A stretch of DNA of 64,000 nt, taken from NCBI RefSeq assembly GCF_036321535.1, contig NC_087436.1:83392001-83456000 (forward strand). The letters run 5' to 3'. The stretch comes from Camelus dromedarius. Its lineage: Eukaryota. Position numbers and translations under genes: made by a program. Each line of letters starts with the position of its first letter. Position 1 is the stretch's first letter. Below, piece by piece: positions 62,400-64,000 of the stretch. The notes beneath the pieces were generated by a model. The model did no database searches. It was given only the letters and a program-made list of their open reading frames with translations, and had not been told where the DNA came from.

Positions 62400-62852
62400 C
62401 ATACACTATTTATTTTACTATAACTTGGTGTCTTCTTTTATTCAATCATACAAATTTGAGTGGGGGGGTTTCCTGAATAAATCTTTTACTTAATTTACCT
62501 TTGGCAGAGACAATAGATTTCAAAACATTTAGTAGCTTCTCATTTATATAGATTTTCCTCTTTTCAAGTTCTGTAGCATATCAGTATTTTCAAAACAATA
62601 CTCAAACAGATGTGCTTTGAAAGTCAACTGGTAATGATTTGATTTATATTATAGCTTATTTAAGAGAATAACTACTCAGAAAGGACAAACTAGACATGTA
62701 TTTGTTTTAAAAAATACAATTTTTGGTCATGTGAATGATTCATGTTCCGATTTCAAAAATAGAAAACGTCCTAAAGTGCATCATTTTATTTATAATATAA
62801 CTCCTTGAAATTATAGCAATCTGCAATGTAAACAGCAGAGCCAAGAATACCA

Positions 62853-62912
<60 letters not shown>

Positions 62913-64000
62913 GGATTACGTACCATCTTTAGATGTGTAGATTAAGCCAGGGCACTTCCAACACATAGCTCATGCTTTTATATAATTTTCTTTAAGAGCA
63001 AACTTAAAGGTATTCTTTTCCCCCTACTCCTGATGGAAAGGATTTTCATCTGATAGACAGCTGCTACCTCATTTCAACTATGGAAAATGCTGCTATGAAT
63101 CCAATCTGACCGGACGGTTTCTCAAGAACCCACTTCGGAAACTGGTAACTGGTCAGAAAGAGTTTTCTCATTATTATTATTAAACAAAACAAAATGGTAC
63201 CCCTTTGTCGTCCTGTTCATTCTGCACCATTATCTGCCAAAGGCAGAGCCCACCAAAACACTTTCTCTGGGCAGCCTGAGGCTGGTGTGCAGAACCCTGT
63301 GCTCAACCTCACAAAGCACAAAGGGGCTGGGCTGGACAGGCAGAGCCAGAACCCACTTTCCTCAGTGTAGACACAGAAGGTCAGAAGGTAACAACAAGTC
63401 AAAAGATGGCGTCAGCACACTGAAGAGATGAATGATTTGGTGTCTTCAACTCCCTGGTCCCTCCAAAATGTCTAATGTAGACAGCTTTGTGACACAGTCC
63501 TTGAAGAAAGTATAATCATAACTGGCTACACATTATTTTTTCTCTTTACATGTGATCTTGAAAATAGTGTGATTTAGATTCTGCCTTAGGCTGAGCTCTG
63601 AGGGCTACACTTACCCCTCAGTTAGAAGATTTTTAGTGCAGGTTTACTTTAAAAGAAAAAAATTAAACGCTGGTTAAGTACTCAGGAGGCTGAGAATACA
63701 AGCTCTTTCTCTCTCATGATCCTCTACCCTTGAGCTAAGAATGAAGCAAGACCCTTCTGTTTGGCTAAAGCCAAAACGAAACCAAACCCCAAACAGGCTT
63801 CCATGGCATGATGGCCTTGCTTAGCATTTGATGTTAAGATTTGAGGCTGACAAATGCAGTCAGCGTTTGGGAGAGAATTCCCCAGCTCTTCACTCCTGCC
63901 TAACTGAACAATCCGCATGGACATAGCTACTGCTATATCCCCCCACCCCCCGTCCTCTGCAGGTGGTCCAGCCCCACCCAGTCAGGGAACACAGGTCTCT
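62400..64000 (-). other. FAM13A: 3' UTR of a convergent gene, most likely FAM13A (no coding sequence in window)
   Basis: Repeat-poor UTR-like sequence resembling my recollection of the FAM13A 3' UTR; - strand AATAAA at 62437-62442, 62409-62414 and 62785-62790; known HERC3-FAM13A tail-to-tail synteny. Confidence 0.72.
62857..62909. repeat. (TA)n microsatellite, about 26 units
   Basis: Direct reading. Confidence 0.95.

Noticed and set aside
1..64000. CRISPR arrays, rRNA or prokaryote-type systems
   Set aside because: None seen; the sequence is mammalian intron- and repeat-rich DNA

Overview
Mammalian genomic DNA, most likely camelid (inferred from tRNA-Ala-derived SINEs and young L1 3' ends). 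The + strand carries the 3' half of HERC3: 10 coding exons from 6346 to 44374 that splice into an intact HECT domain, with a poly(A) signal at 45851. A 26.3-kb HERC3 intron (15280-41590) holds the intronless retrogene NAP1L5 on the - strand (CDS 26227-26802). Its CpG island has at least 10 ZFP57 hexamers, consistent with the known imprinted HERC3/NAP1L5 locus. The same intron contains a decayed two-LTR ERV1 provirus (PBS-Arg, PPT, env remnant) with a nested solo LTR, inverted MLT2 LTRs, and a candidate truncating HERC3 exon near 20.5 kb. Downstream are a near full-length old L1 (about 48.4-55.5 kb) and the convergent 3' UTR of a - strand gene, most likely FAM13A, with a second, distal poly(A) site at 60177. 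I found no convincing novel protein-coding system; the most interesting signals are regulatory. Repeat family names and most repeat boundaries are by eye and approximate.
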